Positions 8,350-18,329 of a stretch of DNA of 64,000 nt are shown in pieces. Each line of letters begins with the position of its first letter. Position 1 is the stretch's first letter. The notes below the pieces were generated by a model that saw nothing but the letters and a program-made list of their open reading frames with translations, was not told the DNA's origin and made no database searches. Source of the DNA: a virus. The DNA is taken from IMG/VR virus record IMGVR_UViG_3300043436_001160, positions 5,422 through 69,421 of that record. The stretch is one strand, 5' to 3'. The position numbers and the translations under genes are program-made.

Positions 8350-10068
8350 ATGGAAACTGAATCAAAAGTAGTATCGCGTAAACGCTGTCCTAAATGTGCA
8401 GCACAGGGTAATGATACATCTGGTAACAATCTTGCTGTCTATGATGACGGCCATAGTTATTGTTATGCTTGTGAATTTTATATCAAAGGAAACAAACCAA
8501 TGGAAACAATTGTAGAAGAGACACCAACATATGCTACAGAAAAGTTCCGAACAGGTGAGATCAAGGCTTTACCACACCGACGAATTAACGATAAAACTAC
8601 TAGACAGTATGGATATGAAACAACCAACACAGGAGCAGAGGTTGAAAATTTCTACCATGCGGATGGTACACTACAAGCTCAACATATCCGATATGATGGA
8701 AAGAAGTTTGCTTGGCTTGGCGACACCTCCAATTTGCAGTTCTATGGTCAACAACTGTTTCCTAGTGGTGGCAAGAGGATTCTCATTACAGAAGGAGCCA
8801 TTGATTGCCTTACCATGGCCCAACTATTTGACAATAAATACCCAGTTGTGTCCATCCCAAATGGAGTTAATTCAGCTGTAAGATGTGTCAAAGATAATTA
8901 TGATTACCTTGCTTCCTTTGAAACAATTGTAATTTGTTTCGATATGGATGATCCTGGTCAACGTGCAGCACGAGAAGTTGCTGAGATCTTACCTCCTGGT
9001 AAGGCTAAGATTATGTCATTGCCTCGTAAAGATCCAAATGAAATGCTGATTAATGCTGAGTCTGCTCAGTTGCTTCAAGCATATTGGAATGCAAAGACAT
9101 ACTCACCTGATTCAATTCTACACGTCAGTCAAATTGTTTCAGAGAATGAGAACTCATCAGTTCAAGTCTATGAGTATCCTTGGGATTCTCTAACAACATT
9201 CATGATTGGTCAGGACTCTGGCCGTCTTAATCTGTGGACAAGTGCCACGGGTCACGGCAAGTCCACTATCATCAGAGAGCTAATGGTCGATCATCTCAAC
9301 CACGGTCGTGCTGTTGGTGGCGTCTTCCTAGAAGAATCTCCAGAACAAACTGTAGATGACCTTATCTCACTTAAGATTGGTAAGCCAGTCCGTAAGATTA
9401 TGTCTCAACGTCAACTCAATGAACTTCGTAAATCCAACAACAAGTCTATTGTTGATATGGTAGAAGATAATCTAACTGAGGAAGAATATGCTGAAGCAAA
9501 GACCTATATTAGCTCTAAGCCTCTTTATCTTTATGATCATATCGGTAATGCTAATATCAATAACATTATTAATCGCCTTGAGTACATGGCTGTTGGCTTG
9601 GATTGCAAAGTCATATTCCTTGACCACATCACTTTGCTTGGTAATATGCTATTGTCTAGTGGTTCTGATTTCGGTAATGATGAAAGACTTGTTCTTGACT
9701 CGGTAATGAAGAAGCTCCGTGAACTAGTCGAACGCACTGGTGTCACACTCCATGTCATTGCCCATATCAAGAAGACTGATAAGAATGTAGACGAAGGTGA
9801 TCGAATCAACCTTAACGATCTCCGTGGCTCAGGTTCTCTTGCTCAGATTGCAGATAATGTCTTTGCACTTGAACGTAATGCTCAGCACCCAGATCCATTG
9901 ACTTGTAACACAACCAACGTACGAGTCCTTAAGAATCGTAAGGGTGGTCGTAGAGGTATTGCTACAGCATTGTTCTACAATGACCAAACATCCAAGCTTA
10001 TGGATGTTCCATTCGTACTTACCCCTGAAGGAGAGGTGCTTTATCGCTATGAACAAGCTGGTGTTTGA
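8350..10068 (+). CDS. DNA primase/helicase (T7 gp4-like)
   Basis: N-terminal CPKC...CYAC Zn ribbon, TOPRIM ITEGAID and FDMD, Walker A ATGHGKST, LDHI, DLRGSGSLAQIAD, LKNR. Confidence 0.96.
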   Translation: METESKVVSRKRCPKCAAQGNDTSGNNLAVYDDGHSYCYACEFYIKGNKPMETIVEETPTYATEKFRTGEIKALPHRRINDKTTRQYGYETTNTGAEVENFYHADGTLQAQHIRYDGKKFAWLGDTSNLQFYGQQLFPSGGKRILITEGAIDCLTMAQLFDNKYPVVSIPNGVNSAVRCVKDNYDYLASFETIVICFDMDDPGQRAAREVAEILPPGKAKIMSLPRKDPNEMLINAESAQLLQAYWNAKTYSPDSILHVSQIVSENENSSVQVYEYPWDSLTTFMIGQDSGRLNLWTSATGHGKSTIIRELMVDHLNHGRAVGGVFLEESPEQTVDDLISLKIGKPVRKIMSQRQLNELRKSNNKSIVDMVEDNLTEEEYAEAKTYISSKPLYLYDHIGNANINNIINRLEYMAVGLDCKVIFLDHITLLGNMLLSSGSDFGNDERLVLDSVMKKLRELVERTGVTLHVIAHIKKTDKNVDEGDRINLNDLRGSGSLAQIADNVFALERNAQHPDPLTCNTTNVRVLKNRKGGRRGIATALFYNDQTSKLMDVPFVLTPEGEVLYRYEQAGV

Positions 10069-11770
10069 CATTGAGGCTAATGGTCTTAATGAAGTTGTTG
10101 CTGGTAAGAAAGATACATATTTACCAGAAGCAAATAAGATTTGGTGTATGTCCATCAAGGATATTGAAACTGGAGAATCCCTGTTATTTGAACAGGATAA
10201 TCTAGCTGATGGTGTTGAAATACTTAGAAATGCAGAGCTAATCATTGGTCATAATATTCTTGGATTTGATATTCCATTAATTGAACGACTCTATAGCCCT
10301 CTGAATAAACAACCTTATACTGAAATCCTAGATACATTAATCCTAAGTCGAATGATGTATGGGGATAATCCACCAACAAAGGATCAATCCCATTCTCTGT
10401 TGGCATGGGGTGAATATCTTGGTGAATCCAAGATTGATTATCAAGGTGGTTGGGATTCATATACAGAAGAAATGGGTAAATATTGCCTACAAGATTCTGT
10501 TGTAACTGCAAAGATATGGGATCACTTTAGTCAGCAAAACTATATGGTTCAATATAGTCGCGCTATTAGAATGGAACATGTCGTAGCAGATATGATCAAG
10601 CGTCAAGTAGAAGCTGGGTTTGGATTTGACATTGACAAAGCTGAAGCCTTAGAAATGGAGCTGCTAATTGAAAAGTCACAGATCGAAGACACAATGCGTC
10701 GAATCTTCCCAGACAAGATCATTGTTAGACATTCTGAGAAAACAGGAAAGCGACTCAAAGACAAAGTTGAAGTATTCAATCCAGGTTCTCGACAACAAAT
10801 CGCAGAACGCCTCCAAGAAAAGTATGGTTGGGAGCCAAGTACAACGGACAAAGGCAACCCCAAAGTGGACCATGAAGTTCTATCTAACCTAGAATATCCT
10901 GAAGCCAAAACCCTATGTGAATATTTCGATCTCATTAAACTAATGAGTCAAGTATCTGATTGGGTAGGCCGTGCTCGTAAATCTAGAGATGGCCGTATTC
11001 ATGGTTATATTAATACTCTTGGTGCTGTGACTGGTCGTATGTCTAGTAAAGAACCAAACATTCAACAAGTCCACTCTGACCCTAGAGCAAGAGCATTGTT
11101 TGTTCCTAAAAAGAATTGGGTTCTTGTTGGTTCAGACCTCAAAGGTTTAGAGCTAAGAATGCTTGCTCATTATCTATATCCATTTGATAATGGTTCATAT
11201 GCCAAGGAAGTTTGTGAAGGAGATATCCATACTCACAATCAAAAGGCTATGGAACTAGAGTCTAGAAATACAGCTAAGACTGCAATCTATTGCTTCTTGT
11301 ATGGTGGTGGTGATGAGAAGTTTGCCAAGACTATTGGCTCTTCTACTTACAAAGCCAAACAAACCAAAAATAAACTACTTAGTAATATTCCTGGACTTAA
11401 GAAGTTGATTGAGAATTGTCGATTTGATACCTTAGATAAAGGTTTTGTCAAGCCGTTTAATTGGCGACCTGTCTTTGTTCGTAAAGAACACGCTGCTCTC
11501 AATACCTTGCTTCAATCCTCTGGTGCTCATATTGCCAAGGCTTGGGCTTGTGTAGCTGATCAACGTCTTAAGATGGAAATTGGTCAAGATAAATTTAACT
11601 GGGTTGCTTCTGTTCATGACGAACTACAAGTAGAATGTCATCCAGATGTAGCTCATAAAGTTGGTAACATTCTCTGCGAATCTGCAACCACTGCTGGTGA
11701 ATTACTACGCAGCAATTGTAAGATTGAGGCAGAATACAAAATTGGAAATAATTGGTCGGAGACACACTAA
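10049..11770 (+). CDS. DNA polymerase family A (T7 gp5-like)
   Basis: Exonuclease FDIE, GHNILGFD, YCLQD; TGRMSS; motif A DLKGLELR, B RNTAKTAIYCFLYG, C VHDE; true start MNKLVFDIE with GGAGAGG SD. Confidence 0.97.
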   Translation: MNKLVFDIEANGLNEVVAGKKDTYLPEANKIWCMSIKDIETGESLLFEQDNLADGVEILRNAELIIGHNILGFDIPLIERLYSPLNKQPYTEILDTLILSRMMYGDNPPTKDQSHSLLAWGEYLGESKIDYQGGWDSYTEEMGKYCLQDSVVTAKIWDHFSQQNYMVQYSRAIRMEHVVADMIKRQVEAGFGFDIDKAEALEMELLIEKSQIEDTMRRIFPDKIIVRHSEKTGKRLKDKVEVFNPGSRQQIAERLQEKYGWEPSTTDKGNPKVDHEVLSNLEYPEAKTLCEYFDLIKLMSQVSDWVGRARKSRDGRIHGYINTLGAVTGRMSSKEPNIQQVHSDPRARALFVPKKNWVLVGSDLKGLELRMLAHYLYPFDNGSYAKEVCEGDIHTHNQKAMELESRNTAKTAIYCFLYGGGDEKFAKTIGSSTYKAKQTKNKLLSNIPGLKKLIENCRFDTLDKGFVKPFNWRPVFVRKEHAALNTLLQSSGAHIAKAWACVADQRLKMEIGQDKFNWVASVHDELQVECHPDVAHKVGNILCESATTAGELLRSNCKIEAEYKIGNNWSETH

Positions 11771-11991
11771 TGCCACGAGATTATAAAGATGAATACGAAA
11801 AGTTTCAATCCTCAACTAAATCAAAGAAAGACCGAGCCCACCGTAATAAAGTACGACGCAAAGCTTTAAGAGATGGTCGAGTTAAAAAGGGTGATGGAAA
11901 AGATATTGATCATATTGATGGAAACCCAAGAAACAATTCTAAAAAGAATTTAAGAGTTGTTAAAAAATCAACCAACCGAGCTAAAAAATGA
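11770..11991 (+). CDS. Small HNH-motif protein
   Basis: DIDHIDGNPRNNSKKNLRVV...NR. Confidence 0.8.
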   Translation: MPRDYKDEYEKFQSSTKSKKDRAHRNKVRRKALRDGRVKKGDGKDIDHIDGNPRNNSKKNLRVVKKSTNRAKK

Positions 11992-12205
11992 AAGACATAT
12001 TTCTTTGGATTGCTGTTGGTGTTTTAGTATACACTTTTTATCAAATGTTACGTTTTGTGTGGGGCGATGATGAATGACGCAGTTTATTTTATGCGCCAAG
12101 TAAACGAGTTTATAGCTAGTAATCCAAATCACCCAATTGTAATCAAATATAATCGTGGAGATATTGGATTAGGTTATATTATTCGACATTGGCAGGAGAT
12201 TCATA

Positions 12206-12868
12206 ATGAGAATTATTCAAATTAGTGGTAAGGGCAGGGTAGGTAAAACTACCCTTGCTCATTTAATCGCCAAGTATTCACTTGATCTTGGTTTTAATCC
12301 AGTAATCCTTCCATTTGCAGATGCTATTAAAAAGATGGCTGAGGCAAATGGAATTACTAAAGAAGCAGATTCAACACAATATCGTGAATTCTGCCAAAAG
12401 CTTGGTGCTTCAAGACGAGCCGAAGATCCAGACTACTGGGTTACTAGGACTTATGAAACAATCCAAGAATACATGCTTAAAGAAATTGACAATAAGAAAG
12501 AGAAACCTAACTTTGAATATGTTATTATTCAAGATGATGTTAGGTATACAAATGAACTTGCCTTTGGGCGAGATCTTGTAGCTACTCAAATCTTTGTTTC
12601 TTCTGATTATAGAGAATTGTCAGAAGATAAAGCTGAATGGAGAAACCATGAAAGCGAAGCTCTTGCTAATGTAGTAGAAGAGTCTTTTACTGGTGAAGCT
12701 CCAAATGATTATGATGAAACCTTTGATATTATTATCTTTAATGGAGATGGTTATCTACCAACTTTAGAAAAGGAAGTAAAGAATAATCTTCAGTTGTGGT
12801 TGGATATTGGTTATTTAGAACTTTCAGAAATAGAGGACTTGAATGAAACCAACGGAAGCGATTCTTGA
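12206..12868 (+). CDS. Deoxynucleoside monophosphate kinase-like P-loop protein
   Basis: SGKGRVGKTT, FADAIK, DDVRYTNE, NHESE. Confidence 0.82.
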   Translation: MRIIQISGKGRVGKTTLAHLIAKYSLDLGFNPVILPFADAIKKMAEANGITKEADSTQYREFCQKLGASRRAEDPDYWVTRTYETIQEYMLKEIDNKKEKPNFEYVIIQDDVRYTNELAFGRDLVATQIFVSSDYRELSEDKAEWRNHESEALANVVEESFTGEAPNDYDETFDIIIFNGDGYLPTLEKEVKNNLQLWLDIGYLELSEIEDLNETNGSDS

Positions 12869-13646
12869 TGGAGATATCATTGCCTATAGAGCGGCTTTCT
12901 GGGCTGATTCTGAAGGCATTGAAGACCTTCCTGGTCGCATTGCACAAGATATAAAGAACTGGACCCCTGAGGGTGTAGATACTATTTATATTGCAATGTC
13001 ATGTCCTAGAAGTCACAACTACCGTCGAATGTTGTGGCCTGTCTATAAACAACATCGTGATGATTATAAATCCCCTGACTCAATGGGAGTGGCTTTAGAA
13101 TGTATTTACGATATACCCAATACCACAGTACGTTGTGTGAACAACCTAGAAGCAGACGACCTTATTGGAATGTTGGTGTCCGAAGGCAGGGCAATTGGAG
13201 TGACGGTAGACAAGGATCTACGTCAGATTCCAGGCTGGCATTGGAACCCCGACAAGGAACCAGAACCAGTCCAGGTATCTGGAGAAGAGGCCGATAAGTA
13301 CTTCTATCAACAATGGATGACTGGGGATACTACAGATAATATCTGGGGTCTATGGAAAGTAGGCCCAGCCAAAGCTAAAAAGATATTAGATAATAACCCC
13401 AAGGAAACATGGGATGAGCTTATTATGACTATGTATAAGGAAGAAGACTGGGCTAAGCGGCCTGAAAATAAACGACCTGTTGAGATGTTTCGGGAAGAAT
13501 TTGCCCTATCTCAAGCACGTTGTGTTCGTATTTTGCGTACTGGGGATTATGACAAGGATAACCATAAGGTAAACTTATGGGTCCCAAATAACCTTGCAGT
13601 TAGAAACATTTTGGATTTATCGAAGGGAGTTATAGAGAATGAGTAA
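12843..13646 (+). CDS. 5'-3' exonuclease (T7 gp6-like)
   Basis: LDGDIIAY, YKQHR, LEADD, DKDLRQIPG, GDTTDN, VGPAKA. Confidence 0.93.
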   Translation: MKPTEAILDGDIIAYRAAFWADSEGIEDLPGRIAQDIKNWTPEGVDTIYIAMSCPRSHNYRRMLWPVYKQHRDDYKSPDSMGVALECIYDIPNTTVRCVNNLEADDLIGMLVSEGRAIGVTVDKDLRQIPGWHWNPDKEPEPVQVSGEEADKYFYQQWMTGDTTDNIWGLWKVGPAKAKKILDNNPKETWDELIMTMYKEEDWAKRPENKRPVEMFREEFALSQARCVRILRTGDYDKDNHKVNLWVPNNLAVRNILDLSKGVIENE

Positions 13647-15555
13647 GTTACTACAAGAGTTTACCGCCATTGACAAGTACTGTCGGTGGATTCCAGAAAA
13701 GAATAGACGAGAGTCATGGAATGAAGCTGTGGATCGTTATTTCAATTATCTTATTAAGAGACTAGATCTCAAGGATCGTCTTAATAATGAGGATTGGATG
13801 GAGCTTCACAAAGCAAAGGACTTGATGAAAGAGTATCAAGTCTTTGGTTCTATGCGTGCTCTAATGACGGCTGGCCCAGCCTTGGATAAGGATGATGTCG
13901 CAGCTTATAATTGTTGCTACATTGCAATCAACGATCCCCAAGACTTTGGAAATATCCTGTATACACTAGCCTGTGGTACTGGGGTTGGGTTCTCAGTTGA
14001 ACGAGACAATATTAACAACCTACCTATAATTGCAGAAACAATTACCAAAGTAGATGAAAAGTTAGTTGTCCCAGATTCAAGAGAAGGTTGGGCTGATACC
14101 TATGTTGCCTTTATTAAGGGTTTGTATAATGGCAAGCACTATGAAGTAGACTTTAGTGAGATTCGTCCTGCTGGAACAAGACTCAAGACCTTTGGTGGTC
14201 GAGCTTCTGGTCCAGAACCATATATTAAATTGATTAAGTTTACTGCCAAGGTATTCCATAATGCCAAGGGTCGTAAGCTTAAGTCATTAGAAGTACATGA
14301 TCTTGTTTGTCAGGTTGCCGAGTCAATCATTTCAGGTGGTGTACGTCGCTCTGCTTTGATTTCTTTGTCTGATCTTTCAGATAATGAAATGGCACATGCA
14401 AAGTCTGGACCCTGGTGGGAAACCCATGGTCGTAGATCATTAGCTAATAATTCAGCTGTGTATGAAACAAAACCAGATATGGGTATGTTCTTACACGAAT
14501 GGTCAGCTTTGTACAATAGTCGATCTGGTGAACGTGGTGTCTGTAATCGAGAAGCAATGCGAAAGTTTGCAGAACGAGCAGGACGAGATACTAACTATGC
14601 ATTTGGTACAAATCCATGTTCAGAAATTATTCTACGTCCAGATCAATTCTGTAATCTCTCAACCATTGCTGTTCGTCCAGACGACCAAGCTCCACAACTT
14701 ATAGATAAGATTAGATATGCAACCATTCTTGGTACTCTTCAGTCAGCTCTTACTGATTTCAAATACTTTGCATCCCGAAGACAAATTAACTTCAAAAATA
14801 ATTGCGAAGAGGAGCGACTACTTGGAGTATCTATGACTGGTATCTTTGATAATATCTATACCAATGGTGGTCATGGTCCCCAAGAATTACAAAAGTTACT
14901 AGAAGCTTTACGTTATGTTGCTCATGCAACAAATGAAAAATGGGCAAAGCTAATTGATATTTCTCCAAGTAAATCAATTACTTGTATTAAACCAGAAGGA
15001 ACTACTAGCTGTGTAGCTGGTACTGCATCTGGTTTACATCCAAGACATAGTAAGTTTTATATTCGACGTAGCCAAATGCCCGTAGGATCACCAATGACTC
15101 AGTTCCTTAAGGATGCTGGAGTTCCTTGGCAACCATTCTTCTATAGTCCAGAAACTATGGTTGTGTTTGAATTCCCTGTTAAGGCAGACTTTGGTGTTAC
15201 TCAAGATCAAATTAATGCAATAGGTCATCTTAATTTGTGGTTAGCATATCAACTTTGGTATTGTGACCACAAACCAAGTGTTACTGTAAACTATACAGAT
15301 AAAGATTTCCTGTCTATTGGTAATTGGTTATGGACTAATTGGCATTATGTTTCAGGTGTATCTTTCTTACCCAAGGATGACAACACATATGAACATACGC
15401 CATTTGAAACTATTACTGAAGAACAGTATAATGAGTTAAATGCTAAGATGCCAGAGTCTATTGATTGGAGTCTTCTTTCAAAGTATGAACAAGAAGATAC
15501 AACTAAGTCATCCCATGCTATGGTTTGCACAGCAGCAGGATGTGAATTAACCTAA
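13639..15555 (+). CDS. nrdJ: Class II (adenosylcobalamin-dependent) ribonucleotide reductase
   Basis: YNCC, GTGVGFS, FGGRASGP, GGVRRSA, TNPCSEI, CIKPEGT, C-terminal CxxxxC; no beta-subunit gene nearby. Confidence 0.92.
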   Translation: MSKLLQEFTAIDKYCRWIPEKNRRESWNEAVDRYFNYLIKRLDLKDRLNNEDWMELHKAKDLMKEYQVFGSMRALMTAGPALDKDDVAAYNCCYIAINDPQDFGNILYTLACGTGVGFSVERDNINNLPIIAETITKVDEKLVVPDSREGWADTYVAFIKGLYNGKHYEVDFSEIRPAGTRLKTFGGRASGPEPYIKLIKFTAKVFHNAKGRKLKSLEVHDLVCQVAESIISGGVRRSALISLSDLSDNEMAHAKSGPWWETHGRRSLANNSAVYETKPDMGMFLHEWSALYNSRSGERGVCNREAMRKFAERAGRDTNYAFGTNPCSEIILRPDQFCNLSTIAVRPDDQAPQLIDKIRYATILGTLQSALTDFKYFASRRQINFKNNCEEERLLGVSMTGIFDNIYTNGGHGPQELQKLLEALRYVAHATNEKWAKLIDISPSKSITCIKPEGTTSCVAGTASGLHPRHSKFYIRRSQMPVGSPMTQFLKDAGVPWQPFFYSPETMVVFEFPVKADFGVTQDQINAIGHLNLWLAYQLWYCDHKPSVTVNYTDKDFLSIGNWLWTNWHYVSGVSFLPKDDNTYEHTPFETITEEQYNELNAKMPESIDWSLLSKYEQEDTTKSSHAMVCTAAGCELT

Positions 15556-15564
15556 GGAGTTATT

Positions 15565-15792
15565 ATGCCAACAATGTTTATTGAGTCCGAGTATGATATG
15601 GATCAGGCGTTAGCCGAGACTATTAAATTAGTACAGCTAAAAGAAGCCACCCTTGATGTCGGCTTTAATAACATTAAAATGGTGAATATTTTTCTAGATA
15701 ATCTACATAATTCTCTTCAAGAGAATAAGATTACTCCAGAAGATAAGAAGTTTCAGCTCAATATAATGGTTAAGAACAATGAACAGAATTGA
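15565..15792 (+). CDS. Hypothetical protein
   Basis: AAGGAG SD; ORF track. Confidence 0.6.
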   Translation: MPTMFIESEYDMDQALAETIKLVQLKEATLDVGFNNIKMVNIFLDNLHNSLQENKITPEDKKFQLNIMVKNNEQN

Positions 15793-15985
15793 AATTCTTT
15801 TAAAGCAACATCGTGAGGGCGGGGTCCAGAACAAGGATCTCGCCCTCTGTTTGCATTACATCAACCAACTACAACTAGAAAAGATTAAAAATGAAACAAG
15901 AGTTTCACATACCGAAGGAACTGATTCAGTACCTGGAGAAATTAATAATCCTAGTCCCAAACGATCTAAAACTAAAGGACTTTGA
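15779..15985 (+). CDS. Hypothetical protein
   Basis: ORF track; C-terminus overlaps the next gene. Confidence 0.4.
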   Translation: MNRIEILLKQHREGGVQNKDLALCLHYINQLQLEKIKNETRVSHTEGTDSVPGEINNPSPKRSKTKGL

Positions 15986-16061
15986 TAGAGGTTTCAAGGC
16001 TGGTCAATTAGAAGTTTTAAATAAACTTCGTGCTTTATTAGAATCTCAAGAAAGGAGGTAA
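15891..16061 (+). CDS. Small pre-portal protein typical of T7-like phages (56 aa)
   Basis: Translated by eye: MKQEFHIPKELIQYLEK...FKAGQLEVLNKLRALLESQERR. Confidence 0.6.
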   Translation: MKQEFHIPKELIQYLEKLIILVPNDLKLKDFDRGFKAGQLEVLNKLRALLESQERR

Positions 16062-16063
16062 CT

Positions 16064-16420
16064 ATGGGTAAAGGTGGAGGTGGTGGCGGATTAAATTCCG
16101 AACAACAAAAAGAACAAATGCGTTTGCAAGAAGAGATGTATACTCGGCAAATGGCTCTTCAACAACAATACCAAAAGGAAGCCGAAGAACGGTTACGTCT
16201 AGAAAGAGAACGAGAAAGACAACTTGAATTCTTACGCCGAACTGAAGCTGCTGAAGCTAAAGAAACCTCAAGAGTAAGAGAAGAAAAACAAGAAGCATCA
16301 TTATTTAGAGAAATGACTGGACAATCAGCTCAAGAATCCAGTGATTTTGGTGGTGGCTTTAATTTAGATATGCCTACAATTGAAAGACCTGGTTACGAAC
16401 AAGAAGATAGACCACTCTAA
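16064..16420 (+). CDS. Putative virion assembly protein (gp6.7/gp7.3 position)
   Basis: MGKGGGGG N-terminus, coiled coil, immediately upstream of portal; AGGAGG SD. Confidence 0.6.
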   Translation: MGKGGGGGGLNSEQQKEQMRLQEEMYTRQMALQQQYQKEAEERLRLERERERQLEFLRRTEAAEAKETSRVREEKQEASLFREMTGQSAQESSDFGGGFNLDMPTIERPGYEQEDRPL

Positions 16421-16429
16421 GGAGAGACA

Positions 16430-18037
16430 ATGAACCAAGAAAAGACTATTAAAGATAGATGGTTAACACTCCATAATAAAAGAACTACTAAGTTAGATAA
16501 AGCAAGAGCATGTGCTGCAATTACAGTACCAACCTTGTTACCTTATCAATCAATGACTGGAGAAGATAACCTCTTTCAAACCTATTCTTCGGTTCAGTCT
16601 AGAGGTGTAACTTCTTTGGCAAGTAAGATCCTCAGTGTTCTCATTCCACTAAACGATACTCCATTCTTTTCGTTTGGTTTAAAGAATGGTCGAGAACCTA
16701 CTCCAGATATTAAGGAATATCTAGATAAGTTATCTTTCCAAGTTTATAGAAAATTAATATCAAATAACTTGCGAGAGATGGCTTATCTCGCTATTCAACA
16801 TTTAATTGTTATTGGTGATGTTTTAATTATTATGGAAAACGATTACAGTTTCCGAGTAATTAGACTTGATCAATTCGTTGTCCGAAGAGATGTTAATGGT
16901 TCTGTAAAAGAGTTTATCTATTTAGAATTTATTTCCCCAAGTAATGAGGAACCAGCAAGTGCCTATGATTTCCTTTCGGGCGAAGAAACACAAACAGGTT
17001 ATAAAACAATATACATTAGAGTATCACAAGACGAAGACACAAAGCAATGGAAAGTTGAAAAAGAAATGGAAGGCAATACCTTTGATACTGGGTATTATGA
17101 TGTTCTTCCTTATATTATGTTGCGTTGGTCTAATATTGCTGGTGAAGATTACGGACGTTCTCATGTCGAAGATATTTATTCAGACATTCGTACCCTTGAG
17201 TCCTATAGCCGTGCCCTTATTCAAGGTATGGCCGCTGGTTCAACTTTCTTTATGGGTATTGATCCCGCAGGAATTACTGAAATAGATGATCTTGCTGGTG
17301 CTCAGAATGGTCAATGGGTTGCAGCTAGAAAGAACGATGTCTTTGTAATCTCCCCCAGTGAAACCATGAATCCTCAGCTCCAATCATCTAGCGCAGCTGT
17401 AGAAGCTATGCGTAAAGAGGTAGGCCAAGGCTTCCTATTACAGACCGCAGCCATGCCTACAGGAGATCGTGTCACAGCAACGGCTATTAGAGCCGTAGGT
17501 AACGAGCTAGAAACCATTCTAGGTGGTACATTCTCTGCTATTGCTAGAGACTTTATGATTCCAATTATCAAGAGAACAATCTACTTGATGTTAGAAAATA
17601 ATGAAATTGATCAACGCATGGCTCAGCAGTTTGATGAAGATAATGGTATTCTTAATATCGAAATCCTAACTGGTTTACAATCACTTAGTCGAGAGTCCGA
17701 TATTACTAAACTATTACAGATGGGTGAAATGATTCGTAACCTTCCACCTGAAGCGGCATCATCCTTTAAGTGGGAATCCTATGCTCGCGCTTTGATTACT
17801 TCTATGGGCTTTGATGCTAACAACTGGGTTCGCAGTGCCGAAGAAATCAAACAAGAAAAGATGGAAATGGCTAAGGCTCAGCAACAAATGGAAATGCAAA
17901 AGATGTTTGCAGGAGCCGCTGCAAATGCTATGGGTGGCGCTGCTCAACAAGATCTAATTAATACAGGTGGTGAAAATATTCCACCTAATATGGCTCAACA
18001 AGCAATGCAAATGTTAGGAGGACAACCAAATGGCTAA
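16430..18037 (+). CDS. Portal / head-tail connector (T7 gp8-like)
   Basis: RGVTSLASK, RWSNIAGEDYGRS, RVTATAIR...ELETILGG, ILTGLQSLSR. Confidence 0.95.
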   Translation: MNQEKTIKDRWLTLHNKRTTKLDKARACAAITVPTLLPYQSMTGEDNLFQTYSSVQSRGVTSLASKILSVLIPLNDTPFFSFGLKNGREPTPDIKEYLDKLSFQVYRKLISNNLREMAYLAIQHLIVIGDVLIIMENDYSFRVIRLDQFVVRRDVNGSVKEFIYLEFISPSNEEPASAYDFLSGEETQTGYKTIYIRVSQDEDTKQWKVEKEMEGNTFDTGYYDVLPYIMLRWSNIAGEDYGRSHVEDIYSDIRTLESYSRALIQGMAAGSTFFMGIDPAGITEIDDLAGAQNGQWVAARKNDVFVISPSETMNPQLQSSSAAVEAMRKEVGQGFLLQTAAMPTGDRVTATAIRAVGNELETILGGTFSAIARDFMIPIIKRTIYLMLENNEIDQRMAQQFDEDNGILNIEILTGLQSLSRESDITKLLQMGEMIRNLPPEAASSFKWESYARALITSMGFDANNWVRSAEEIKQEKMEMAKAQQQMEMQKMFAGAAANAMGGAAQQDLINTGGENIPPNMAQQAMQMLGGQPNG

Positions 18038-18329
18038 ACGACCTGATAAAAAATCAATGCCTTGTAATAAACCCAGAGCATCTACCTCTGCTGGTAAAAA
18101 GAAAATGGTTAAAGCATGTGCCAATGGTCAAGAAAAAATCATTCACTTTGGAGCAAAAGGTTATGGTCACAACTATAGTTCGGAAGCTCGTAAGTCTTTC
18201 AAAGCACGGCATAACTGCGACGCTGCGGATAATAAACTAACTGCTAAATACTGGGCCTGTAAGAATCTTTGGGCAGGGCCTGGTGGTTCAAAGGCATCTT
18301 GTCCTAAGGGTAGAAAGTGTAAAGGATGA
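18030..18329 (+). CDS. Small basic Cys-rich protein
   Basis: IHFGAKGY, ARKSFKARHNC, AKYWACKNLW pattern seen in aquatic phages. Confidence 0.7.
   Translation: MAKRPDKKSMPCNKPRASTSAGKKKMVKACANGQEKIIHFGAKGYGHNYSSEARKSFKARHNCDAADNKLTAKYWACKNLWAGPGGSKASCPKGRKCKG

Noticed and set aside
9944-10048. Extended N-terminus of the DNA polymerase ORF
   Set aside because: Overlaps the helicase; the SD and ExoI motif support ATG 10049
11770-11991. Intron-associated homing endonuclease
   Set aside because: The flanking polymerase is uninterrupted; the protein is a tiny standalone HNH with no intron structure seen
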